Below are positions 30,938-39,552 of a stretch of 64,000 bases of DNA, in pieces. A program made the translations under genes and the position numbers. Source of the DNA: Oscillospiraceae bacterium (lineage in GTDB: Bacteria; Bacillota; Clostridia; Oscillospirales; Ruminococcaceae); NCBI GenBank assembly GCA_047973265.1, contig JBKEBS010000060.1, positions 1,604 through 65,603 of the forward strand, read 5' to 3'. The number at the start of each line of letters is the position of its first letter. Position 1 is the first letter of the stretch. The notes below the pieces were generated by a model. It did not search any database. It saw only the letters and a program-made list of their open reading frames with translations, and had not been told where the DNA came from.

Positions 30938-31924
30938 ATGACCAATAGGAAGAAGAAATACGATGTCGTCGCACTGGGGGAGCTGCTCATCGACTTTGCC
31001 CCTGCCGGCAGCTCCGCCGGAGGCTACCCGCTTTTTGAGGCGAATCCCGGCGGTGCGCCCGCCAATGTCCTCACCGCCGTGACCCGGCAGGGCGGGCGGG
31101 CAGCGTTCATCGGCAAGGTAGGGGAGGACGCCTTCGGCCGCCTGCTGGAGGGAACGCTGCGGGACTGCAGCATCGACACCGGGGGCCTGCGCATCGACCC
31201 CGACGTGCGCACAACGCTGGCCTTTGTCTCCCTGGACGAGACCGGCAACCGCTCCTTCAGCTTTTTCCGCAACCCGGGGGCGGACTACATGCTCACCCCG
31301 GAGGAAGTGGACGTAGCGCTCATCCGCCAGGCCAACATCTTCCACTTTGGCTCCCTCTCCCTCACCCACGAGCCCGCGAGAAGCGCCACCCACTACGCGC
31401 TGGAGATGGCGAAGGAGAGCGGCGCGGTCATCAGCTACGACCCGAACCTGCGGCCCCCCCTCTGGGACAACCTGGATACTGCCAGGGAGCAGATTCTCTC
31501 CTGCATGCCAAGCGCCGACATTGTCAAGATCAGCGATGAAGAGTTCACCTTCCTCACAGGGGAGGACGACTACGCCTCCCATGCCCCCGCCTTTGCGGAG
31601 CGCTACGGCATTTCGCTGCTGTTTATCACCCTGGGGCCGGGCGGCGCGTACTACCACTGCAACGGGCACAGCCGGGCGGTGCCCACCTACGACGTGGAGG
31701 TGGTGGACACCACAGGCTCGGGGGACGCCTTCATCGGGGCCGCGCTGGGGAGGATCAGCCGGGAGGGGCTCGACTTATCCACCATCGGCGACGAGGCCCT
31801 GCTGGAGCTCACTTCCTTCGCCAATGCCAGCGGCGCTCTCACCGCCAGGGCCAAGGGGGCGATCCCGGCGATTCCGGGCACCGAAATGATTTTGGATTGC
31901 ATGAGGGATGGGAAGATCGGATAA
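30938..31924 (+). CDS. PfkB-family fructokinase
   Basis: GGAPANV, YDPNLRPPLW and DTTGSGDAF; next to GH32. Confidence 0.9.
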   Translation: MTNRKKKYDVVALGELLIDFAPAGSSAGGYPLFEANPGGAPANVLTAVTRQGGRAAFIGKVGEDAFGRLLEGTLRDCSIDTGGLRIDPDVRTTLAFVSLDETGNRSFSFFRNPGADYMLTPEEVDVALIRQANIFHFGSLSLTHEPARSATHYALEMAKESGAVISYDPNLRPPLWDNLDTAREQILSCMPSADIVKISDEEFTFLTGEDDYASHAPAFAERYGISLLFITLGPGGAYYHCNGHSRAVPTYDVEVVDTTGSGDAFIGAALGRISREGLDLSTIGDEALLELTSFANASGALTARAKGAIPAIPGTEMILDCMRDGKIG

Positions 31925-31944
31925 CACGATTTCATATAACAACG

Positions 31945-31984
31945 AAAAAGCGCCGGATAAGTTTTACTTATCCGGCGGCTTTTT
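31945..31984. terminator. Bidirectional terminator
   Basis: GCCGGATAAGT-TTT-ACTTATCCGGC flanked by A and T tracts. Confidence 0.85.
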
Positions 31985-31999
31985 GCTGTTTTGAGAAGA

Positions 32000-32599
32000 T
32001 CAACTCTTTCGGTTCAGCCTTTCCCCGACGGCGCCCCCGGGGTGGACGACTGCAAATTGATCACTTTTGTGCCCGGTTTCCTCGATCAGGGCGGCCTGGA
32101 GGGCGTCAAACACGGCGGAGGTCGCCGCAAAGCTGCTTGTGCCCTGTGTGTTCTCCCGGTCAACCTCCCTGGGGATGCGCAGCGGGAGGACGATATCGCT
32201 TGTTTTCGCCATCTCCGAATCGGTGTTTTCCGTGACTGCAATCACGGAAGCGCCGATTTTTTTCGCCACTGCGATTACGGCCAGCAGCTCAGCTGTCCTT
32301 CCGCCCCGGGAGGCGACCACAAGGACATCCCCCGGCTGGAGAAAGCCGGAAGCGCCGTGCAGGGCTTCTGAGGGGGAGAGGAAGCGGGCGGGGCGGCCGA
32401 TGCAGCACATCAGGTGGGCGAAGTGCATACAGGCGATTCCGGTGTGGCCACAGCCGCTGGAACCGATTTTTGGGGCGGTGGCCAGCAGCAATACTGCCCG
32501 GGAAAAGGACTCCCAGTCCATGTTTGCGGCGGTTTCCCGCAGTGCATCGGCCTCGATGCCAAAGGCGGCTTTCGCCCGCGCCAATCCTTCCTGCTTCAT
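32000..32599 (-). CDS. SIS-domain phosphosugar isomerase (KpsF/GutQ-like, no CBS domains)
   Basis: MKQEG... after an AAAGGA SD; GCGHTG, EALHG, SRGGRTAE and HPGGAVG. Confidence 0.88.
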   Translation of the reverse strand: MKQEGLARAKAAFGIEADALRETAANMDWESFSRAVLLLATAPKIGSSGCGHTGIACMHFAHLMCCIGRPARFLSPSEALHGASGFLQPGDVLVVASRGGRTAELLAVIAVAKKIGASVIAVTENTDSEMAKTSDIVLPLRIPREVDRENTQGTSSFAATSAVFDALQAALIEETGHKSDQFAVVHPGGAVGERLNRKS

Positions 32600-32616
32600 A
32601 GATGCTTCAGTCCTTT

Positions 32617-33423
32617 CTATACTGTGACAAGATTTATCTTTTTCTGGCGGTACTGGTCGGCGATGACGGGGGAGAGCCCGCTGTCTGTGACGATGCAGGC
32701 GCACTGGTCGGTGGACATGAAGGAGAGCAGCGAGTGCTTTTCAAATTTGGCGGAATGGGCGAGCACCACGGTTTTTGCGGCGTGCTTGATCACCTCGGTG
32801 TCGAAGCGCAGGGTATCCACATCCATGGCCATCACGCCGTCACTGAGACTGATGGCGTCCGCGCCGATGAAGCAGTAGTCCAGCTTTAGACCGCGTAGAG
32901 ACAGCTCGCTGATGTAGCCGATGAAATCCCGCCGCTCGGCGCGGTACTGCCCGCCCAGCATGACGACGGTGTTGACGGGATGCAGGATTTCCAGGTTGAC
33001 AAGGGAGTTGGTGATGATGGCGATGTGGTGGAGTTCCTCCCGGCGGATGCGTTCCGCCAGAGCCATGGAAAATTGCCGCAGGGTGGTTCCCGACTCCACG
33101 AAGATCACCTGATGGCTTTTCACAAGGGTGCTGGCGTATTTTGCAATCCGCTCCTTTTCACCGCTGTATTCCTGACTGAATTTTTCGAAGGAGTATGTCG
33201 CCTGCTGTGCCGCCAGATTCCGCACGCCCCCGTGGGTGCGCAGCAGACGCCCCTCGTCAGAAAGGGCTGTGCAGAGCCGCCTTGCCGAGGGAAGCGAGAT
33301 GGAAAAGTGATCTGCAATTTGCTGTACCGACAATGTGTTGTCGATACCCAGCCACTCCAACAGTTCGTTTTTGCGAAGCTCCATTTTATACACAGGGGAC
33401 ACCCTTTCAACAATATAATCCAT
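32617..33423 (-). CDS. DeoR/GlpR-family regulator
   Basis: HTH...RTHGG, EKERIA, ESGTT and ITNSL; exact start uncertain. Confidence 0.92.
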   Translation of the reverse strand: MDYIVERVSPVYKMELRKNELLEWLGIDNTLSVQQIADHFSISLPSARRLCTALSDEGRLLRTHGGVRNLAAQQATYSFEKFSQEYSGEKERIAKYASTLVKSHQVIFVESGTTLRQFSMALAERIRREELHHIAIITNSLVNLEILHPVNTVVMLGGQYRAERRDFIGYISELSLRGLKLDYCFIGADAISLSDGVMAMDVDTLRFDTEVIKHAAKTVVLAHSAKFEKHSLLSFMSTDQCACIVTDSGLSPVIADQYRQKKINLVTV

Positions 33424-33444
33424 TACACTGATTCTAATTTACAT

Positions 33445-33666
33445 GATAATTGATCGAATAGCAAGCGATAAATGATTGTTTGACATCGTTATGTGCAAAA
33501 ATATGGGAGATATGTTTTCTATTTGATCATTATAGAACGATAAATGATCGAAATATGATCGATTGAAGTTCGGTTCGATTGATTGCACAATATATATTGA
33601 TGATTAATAATATTTATGTTATGTTTGCCATATAAATAAGCGTATGATCAATTTATGTAGATCAAA
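33445..33666. promoter_or_regulatory. AT-rich divergent control region with repeated GATAAATGATCG-like boxes
   Basis: Copies at 33445-33458, 33466-33478 and 33538-33562; further TGATC cores at 33524 and 33645. Confidence 0.65.
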
Positions 33667-33723
33667 TGGACAATAAATACTCAAAAATGGCGGGCCCGAC
33701 ACTGAAAAGGAATGGTTGTACAG

Positions 33724-35184
33724 ATGTATGTGATTGGGATTGATGTGGGGACGTCTGGAACCAAAGCTGTCCTGCTGGATAAAGACGGCACTGCTGTGGG
33801 CCAGGGCCAGCAGGGGTATGGGCTTTTCACCAGCGGCAATCGGGTTGAGCAGGACGCGGAGGACTGGTGGCGGGCTGCCATAGCAGCCGTTCGGCAGGCG
33901 ACTTCCGGTGTTGAGCCAAAGCAGATTGAGGCGATTGGCCTCTCCACCCAGGGGGCAAGCATGGTGGCGCTGGACGCCGAAGGTCAGCCTCTGGGCAGGG
34001 CAATCACCTGGCTGGACGGGCGCTCGGCTGAAGAGGCGGAGCTGCTGCAAAGGGAGCTGGGCGGCGACATTATCTACCGCACTACGGGCTGGCAGGCGGG
34101 GAAGGGCCTGGATGCCGCGAAGCTTCTACACTTGAAGCGGCGGGGGCAATATTCGGAGGCCGCCTGCTATCTCTCCACGCTGGAATACATGAACCTCCGG
34201 CTGACGGGGAGGGCCGTGATCGACCCCACCAACGCCGCAATGCGGCAGATGTTCGACTACCGGAAAGGGGACTGGGACGACAACATCCTGAATGCGGTGG
34301 GGGTGGAGAGGAGTGAGCTGCCCGAGATCAGAAAAACCGGTGCGTCGGTGGGCACGCTTCTCCCGGAGGCGGCGAAGCTGCTGGGATTGCCTCCATCGGT
34401 GACGGTATACAACGGCGCCCACGACCAATACTGCGCCAGCCTGGGCAGTGGCGCGGTGTCTGCGGGGGACATGCTGGTCTCCACCGGGACAGCGTGGGCG
34501 ATTCTGGGCATGACGGAGCAGCCCATGTCCACCGCCAGCCGCATTGCCAGCTGTACCCATCCCGTTCCAGGGCTGTACGGCAACATGGCGACACTGGCGG
34601 GGGCCGGGACTGCCTATGAATGGGCCGCAGAGCAGTTTTCGCCGGGAAAATCCTTCGGGGAAATTGACCGCATGGCACTGGAGGCGGTGGAAAAAAACAG
34701 CGAACTGTTTTTTGTTCCGTGGACTTCCGGGGCGAACTATCCCTTCTGGATTTCTTCTGCGCGGGGCGGATTTATTGGGATAAACTTTGCCACAAACGGC
34801 TGCGATATGGCGCTGGCGGTCATGGAGTCCGCGGTCTTTCACATGCGGATGGCGCTGGAGGATTTCACCGCAAACGGCTTTTCCCCGGCGGCGATCCGGC
34901 TGATGGGCGGGGCGAGCAGGAGTCCCGCGTGGATGAACCTGTTCGCGGCACTGATCGACCTCCCGGCGTATCAGATGGCGATGAGTGATGCCTGTGCCCT
35001 GGGGGCGGCCTCTATCGCCGCCTGCGGCGCCGGGTGGTACTCCTCTTATAAGGAGGCGTCGGACGTGCTTGCAAAAAAGGTTCCACTGCCGCCCACGACG
35101 TTGGACAGGGACTTTTATGAGGACAAATACCGGCGGTACTGTTTGCTGCTGGTTGGCCTGGCTGACCTGTACCGAAAGGAGTGA
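33724..35184 (+). CDS. FGGY-family carbohydrate kinase (xylulokinase-like)
   Basis: IGIDVGTSGTK, VEQDAEDWW, GAHDQ, STGT and GGASRS. Confidence 0.92.
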   Translation: MYVIGIDVGTSGTKAVLLDKDGTAVGQGQQGYGLFTSGNRVEQDAEDWWRAAIAAVRQATSGVEPKQIEAIGLSTQGASMVALDAEGQPLGRAITWLDGRSAEEAELLQRELGGDIIYRTTGWQAGKGLDAAKLLHLKRRGQYSEAACYLSTLEYMNLRLTGRAVIDPTNAAMRQMFDYRKGDWDDNILNAVGVERSELPEIRKTGASVGTLLPEAAKLLGLPPSVTVYNGAHDQYCASLGSGAVSAGDMLVSTGTAWAILGMTEQPMSTASRIASCTHPVPGLYGNMATLAGAGTAYEWAAEQFSPGKSFGEIDRMALEAVEKNSELFFVPWTSGANYPFWISSARGGFIGINFATNGCDMALAVMESAVFHMRMALEDFTANGFSPAAIRLMGGASRSPAWMNLFAALIDLPAYQMAMSDACALGAASIAACGAGWYSSYKEASDVLAKKVPLPPTTLDRDFYEDKYRRYCLLLVGLADLYRKE

Positions 35185-35190
35185 GAGAAG

Positions 35191-36234
35191 ATGCCGCTGT
35201 TCGATTACAAAACGGTTGACCGGGACTGCTATGAGGCGGTCATCCGCGATTTTCTTCCCCAGCGCATCGTGGACGCTCACACCCATGTCTATCGGGGGTG
35301 CTTCCGGCTCGCCAGAGAGGCGGAGGGGGTGGATCGCTCCCAGAACTGGCCGAATCTGGTGGCGGAGGAGAATCCCATCGAGGATTTGCTGGAGACCTAC
35401 CGAATTCTGCTGCCGGACAAGGCAGTCACGCCGCTCATCTTCGGCCAGCCCTCGCTGGACTACGACGTCGGACGGAACAACCGATACATCGCGGACTGCG
35501 GGAAAGAGTACGGCTTTCCGGCGCTGTACCTCTCCCGGCCGGAGGAGTCGGCGGAGGAACTGGAAAAACAGCTGGAGGAAAGCGGCTTCCAGGGCGTCAA
35601 GGTCTACCTGAACTTTTCGCCCCCCTACATTCCGGCGGATGAAATTCGTATTTTCGACTTCTTGCCGCACCATCAGCTGGAGCTGCTGGATGCCCGTGGC
35701 GCTGTGGTCATGCTGCACATCCCAAGACCGGGGCGGCTTCGAGACCCCGTCAACCTGGCCCAGATGCTGGAGATTGACAGGCGTTATCCCCGCATCAGGC
35801 TGATCATCGCCCATGTGGGCAGGGCCTATGCGGAGGAGGACTTGGGGGACGCCCTGGAGCGGCTGGCAGACAGCCACATGTGGATGGATTTCTGCGCCAA
35901 CACGAACCAGCAGGTCTTTGAGGCAGCTATCCGGCACCTCGGGCCCAAACGGCTGCTGTTCGGTTCTGACCTGCCGATTTTGCGAATGCGGATGCGGAGG
36001 ATTGTGGAAAACGGCAGCTACATCAATGTCGTGCCGCGGGGACTGTATGGGGATGTCTCAGGTGATGCGCACATGCGGGAGGTGGACGGCGGCGAGGCGG
36101 AGGGGCTTACCTTCTTCTTCTATGAGGAGATCGCCGCCATGCGCCGCGCCGCGGAGAACATGCAGCTGGATCGTGGCGACATCGAGAAGATGTTCTGCGG
36201 CAACGCTGTGGGACTGCTGGGCTTAGTTGAGTGA
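35191..36234 (+). CDS. Amidohydrolase-superfamily metalloenzyme
   Basis: DAHTH, MLH, IAHVGR and LFGSDLP. Confidence 0.88.
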   Translation: MPLFDYKTVDRDCYEAVIRDFLPQRIVDAHTHVYRGCFRLAREAEGVDRSQNWPNLVAEENPIEDLLETYRILLPDKAVTPLIFGQPSLDYDVGRNNRYIADCGKEYGFPALYLSRPEESAEELEKQLEESGFQGVKVYLNFSPPYIPADEIRIFDFLPHHQLELLDARGAVVMLHIPRPGRLRDPVNLAQMLEIDRRYPRIRLIIAHVGRAYAEEDLGDALERLADSHMWMDFCANTNQQVFEAAIRHLGPKRLLFGSDLPILRMRMRRIVENGSYINVVPRGLYGDVSGDAHMREVDGGEAEGLTFFFYEEIAAMRRAAENMQLDRGDIEKMFCGNAVGLLGLVE

Positions 36235-36236
36235 TA

Positions 36237-36276
36237 AAGTATCGCAGTGCGAAGTATCACAGTGTGAAGTGTCGCA
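36237..36276 (+). repeat. 15-bp imperfect tandem repeat (about 2.7 copies)
   Basis: AAGTATCGCAGTGCG / AAGTATCACAGTGTG / AAGTGTCGCA. Confidence 0.8.
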
Positions 36277-36295
36277 CGGAGAGGAAGGATTGCGT

Positions 36296-36796
36296 ATGAA
36301 GATGCACAAGGCGACCATAGATGTCCAGTCGGAGGGGCTGCACCCCACCTTTCACGACATCACCGCCCAGGTGAGGGAGATGATCGGGGCGAGCGGCATC
36401 AAAGACGGGGTTTGCACCGTCTACTCCCACCACACCACCTGCTCGGTCATGCTGCAGGAGTGCTCTCACGACAAGACCTATTTCGGGCTGGAGTACCTCC
36501 AGCAGGATCTCTGCAATATCATGGAAAAGCTTGTCCCCACCTGCCGGGTGGAAAACCAGTACATGCACCCGGGCCCCCGGCACATCGAGTTTGGCGACAG
36601 CGTCGGCGAGCCCGGCGGGTGGACAAGTCTCAACACCGACGCCCACCTGCGAAGCTGCTTCTTCGGCCGCTCGGAGAGCATCATCGTCGAGGATGGCATC
36701 CCAGATTTGGGGGAGTTCGGCTATGTGTACTTTATCGACTGGGATCAGGTGCGGGCCCGGAAGCGCTCGGTGAAGGTTACGCTAATAGGAGAATAG
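36296..36796 (+). CDS. YjbQ/UPF0047-family protein, paralogue 1
   Basis: DITAQV, SHHTTCS, YMHPG, NTDAHLRS and LGEFG...FIDWD. Confidence 0.85.
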   Translation: MKMHKATIDVQSEGLHPTFHDITAQVREMIGASGIKDGVCTVYSHHTTCSVMLQECSHDKTYFGLEYLQQDLCNIMEKLVPTCRVENQYMHPGPRHIEFGDSVGEPGGWTSLNTDAHLRSCFFGRSESIIVEDGIPDLGEFGYVYFIDWDQVRARKRSVKVTLIGE

Positions 36797-36801
36797 AGCA
36801 G

Positions 36802-37521
36802 ATGAAACCCAAAATCAGAACGCCGTTTTTTGAGATAGGCGTCAAAAACTACATCTATGGAGATGACGTGCTGGAGCTTGCCAGGGTGGCGGACTCTGCC
36901 GCCGAGCGGTATGACATCGACGTTTTGATGATTACTCCCTACACCGAAATCCGGCGGGTGGCGGAGAACACAACCCGGCTGATTGTCCTTGCCCCCTACA
37001 TGGATTTGCTGCATCCCGGGCGGGGGATGGCCGACATCTTGCCCGAGGCCCTCAAGGCGGCGGGGGCCCAGGGAGTGGTGGTGAACCACTGCGAGAAGCC
37101 CATGTCCCTGCCCGCGATCAAGCAGACCATTGATCGTGCAAGGGAATTGGAAATGCTCTCCTTCGCCTGCGCGGACACCGTGCCCGAAATGCGGGCCATC
37201 GCCCAGCTCTGCCCCGACATCATCAACCCCGAGCCCAACGAGCTGATCGGTTCGGGCAGCGCCAGCGACATGTCCTACGTGATGGAGTCCATCCGGGTGA
37301 TCAAGGAGATCGACCCGGGAATCTTGGTGGAACAGGCGGCAGGGGTGTCCAGCCCGGAGCAGGTCTACGATTTTATCTACGCGGGGGCGGAGGCGACGGG
37401 AGCGGCCTCGGGAATCTTTGCGGCAGTCGATCCGCTGCGCATGGCCGAGGAGATGATTGCCGCGGTGCGCAGTGCCTGGGACGACCGGCAAAAAAATCAG
37501 GAGAGGAGCGGAGTGATATGA
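36802..37521 (+). CDS. Short archaeal-type triosephosphate isomerase-like protein
   Basis: 239 aa from ATG 36802; GVKNY (Lys), NHCE (His), PEPNELIGSG (Glu) and GAASG. Confidence 0.85.
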   Translation: MKPKIRTPFFEIGVKNYIYGDDVLELARVADSAAERYDIDVLMITPYTEIRRVAENTTRLIVLAPYMDLLHPGRGMADILPEALKAAGAQGVVVNHCEKPMSLPAIKQTIDRARELEMLSFACADTVPEMRAIAQLCPDIINPEPNELIGSGSASDMSYVMESIRVIKEIDPGILVEQAAGVSSPEQVYDFIYAGAEATGAASGIFAAVDPLRMAEEMIAAVRSAWDDRQKNQERSGVI

Positions 37522-38015
37522 GGACAGTGCGGGAAGTGCTCAGTGCGACCTCAACGGGCTGGAAGCCCACCTTCCACACCATCACGGAGGAGGTGCAGGA
37601 GGTGATTGACCGCTCGGGCATTCGCTCCGGCATCTGCGTGGTCTACTCCCACCACACCACCTGCTCCGTGATGACGCAGGAGAGCTCCTTCGACATGGCC
37701 TATTCGGGCCTGGAGTACCTCCAGCAGGATTTGACCGATATGTTCGAGGCAATCCTACCCACCTGCCGCAAGGAGGGCCAGTACATGCACCCCGGTCCCA
37801 AGCTGACGGCGTTTGCCAAAGAGCACGGCGAGGAGAAGCCCCAGACGCTGAACACCGAAGCCCACCTGCGCTCCGTGCTGCTGGGCAGGAGCGAGACTGT
37901 GGTGATTGTGGACGGCAAGCTCGACCTGGGGCAGTATGGCAACATCTACTTTGTGGACTTCGACCAGATCTGCTCCCGCACCCGGGAGATTCAGGTACAG
38001 ATAATGGGCGAATAA
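37518..38015 (+). CDS. YjbQ/UPF0047-family protein, paralogue 2
   Basis: SHHTTCS, YMHPG, NTEAHLRS and LGQYG..YFVDFD. Confidence 0.85.
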   Translation: MRTVREVLSATSTGWKPTFHTITEEVQEVIDRSGIRSGICVVYSHHTTCSVMTQESSFDMAYSGLEYLQQDLTDMFEAILPTCRKEGQYMHPGPKLTAFAKEHGEEKPQTLNTEAHLRSVLLGRSETVVIVDGKLDLGQYGNIYFVDFDQICSRTREIQVQIMGE

Positions 38016-38102
38016 AGTCAAAGGGTAGTTGTCTGAGGACGTGAATACTGCTTTTTGACTCCATGGCAATCGCGAAAATCAAAAGACGCTTTTCACGATT
38101 GC
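38016..38102 (+). other. Tandem intergenic hairpins without a U-tract
   Basis: 38016-38029 pairs with 38047-38060; 38066-38078 pairs with 38090-38102. Confidence 0.6.
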
Positions 38103-38121
38103 TGCAAAAGGAGAATTTTCC

Positions 38122-39498
38122 ATGGATGTTATCAAAATCGGATTGCTGCCGCTCTACGTCAAGACCTACGACGACTCGCTGCCCCAGCTGCGGGAGCGAC
38201 TGGAGGCCTTTTACGCCAAGGTCGCGGCCAAGCTGGAAGACAGGGGCTACCGGGTCGTCACCCACGGCTTCTGCCGACTGGAGGGGGAATTCCAAGCTGC
38301 TGTGGACGCCTTCGCAGCGGAGGGGGCGCAGTGTATCGTCACCCTGCACATGGCCTATTCGCCGTCGCTGGAGTCGGTGGCGGCGCTGAGCGGCACAAAG
38401 CTGCCCCTGGTGGTGCTGGACACCACCGAGACCTTCGACTTTGGCTTCGAGCAATCCCCGGAGGAGATTCTCTACAACCACGGTATCCACGGCGTGATGG
38501 ACATGTGCTCCCTGCTACTGCGCAGGGGAAAGCCCTACATCGTCTGCGCGGGTCACTGGGAGGATGAGAGACTGTTTCAAAAGCTGGACAGGGCGGTGAG
38601 CGCCGCCGTGGCGGCAAACGCCTGGAGCGGCATGCGGGTCGGCAGATTGGGAGAGCCCTTTGCCGGGATGGGCGACTTCCTGGTGGAGGACGGCAAGCTG
38701 CAAAGCGATCTCGGCGTGCAGGTGGTGCAGAACGACGGCGCGTTCCAGGAATATTTTCACATCTCCGGTGAGGAGGCTGATGAGGAGGTTGCGGTCTGGA
38801 AGGCCGCCTACACCCTGCAAGGGGTAGAGGATGATACGCTGAGAACCGCCGCAGTGAACTGCCTGGGGCTTCGCCGCTGGATGGAGGCGGAGCGGCTGGA
38901 CGCCCTCACTGTCAACTTCCTGGCGACGAGCGGGTCGCGCTACCCCACCATGATGCCCTTTATCGAGTTGTGCAGGGCGATGGAGCGGGGGAAGGGCTAC
39001 GCCGGGGAGGGGGACACCCTCACAGCCGCGCTGGTGGCCTCCCTGATGCGGATGGAGCCCGCCACCTCCTTTGTGGAGATATTCTGCCCCGACTGGAAGG
39101 GGAACCGCCTCTTCCTCAGCCACATGGGGGAGATGAACACGGCGCTGGCGGCAGACCGCCCCCTGCTCACCAAGGTAGCCTTCCCCTACACCGACGCCCA
39201 CGATCCGGCGGTGATCAAGGCGGCGTACCGGCCGGGCAAGGCAGTCTACGTCAACCTGACGCCGTCCCCCACCGGCTACCGCCTCTTCCTCACCGAGGTG
39301 GAGATGGTGTACGGCGGCAGTGACGCCTTTGTAGGTGACATTCGCGGCTGGATGCAGCCGGGCTGCGACATCGCCCGATTCCTGGAGGCGCATTCCTGCG
39401 TGGGTGCGAGCCACCACTCCGCCGTTGTGTACGGCGACTACAGAGAGGAACTGGAGCTGTTCGGCAAGCTGATGGGCTTTGAAGTTGTGACACTATGA
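38122..39498 (+). CDS. L-arabinose/L-fucose isomerase-superfamily protein
   Basis: HMAYSPS, YNHGIHG, GYAGEGD, SFVE, SHMGEMN and GASHHS resemble AraA metal-binding motifs. Confidence 0.8.
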   Translation: MDVIKIGLLPLYVKTYDDSLPQLRERLEAFYAKVAAKLEDRGYRVVTHGFCRLEGEFQAAVDAFAAEGAQCIVTLHMAYSPSLESVAALSGTKLPLVVLDTTETFDFGFEQSPEEILYNHGIHGVMDMCSLLLRRGKPYIVCAGHWEDERLFQKLDRAVSAAVAANAWSGMRVGRLGEPFAGMGDFLVEDGKLQSDLGVQVVQNDGAFQEYFHISGEEADEEVAVWKAAYTLQGVEDDTLRTAAVNCLGLRRWMEAERLDALTVNFLATSGSRYPTMMPFIELCRAMERGKGYAGEGDTLTAALVASLMRMEPATSFVEIFCPDWKGNRLFLSHMGEMNTALAADRPLLTKVAFPYTDAHDPAVIKAAYRPGKAVYVNLTPSPTGYRLFLTEVEMVYGGSDAFVGDIRGWMQPGCDIARFLEAHSCVGASHHSAVVYGDYREELELFGKLMGFEVVTL

Positions 39499-39552
39499 TA
39501 TTGGAATAAATGAAAAGTGGAAACGAAAAGAGACCGAAAGGGAGGAACAATC

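Noticed and set aside
36237..36276. Repeat considered as a mini-CRISPR
   Set aside because: No spacers, unit only 15 bp, no cas genes.
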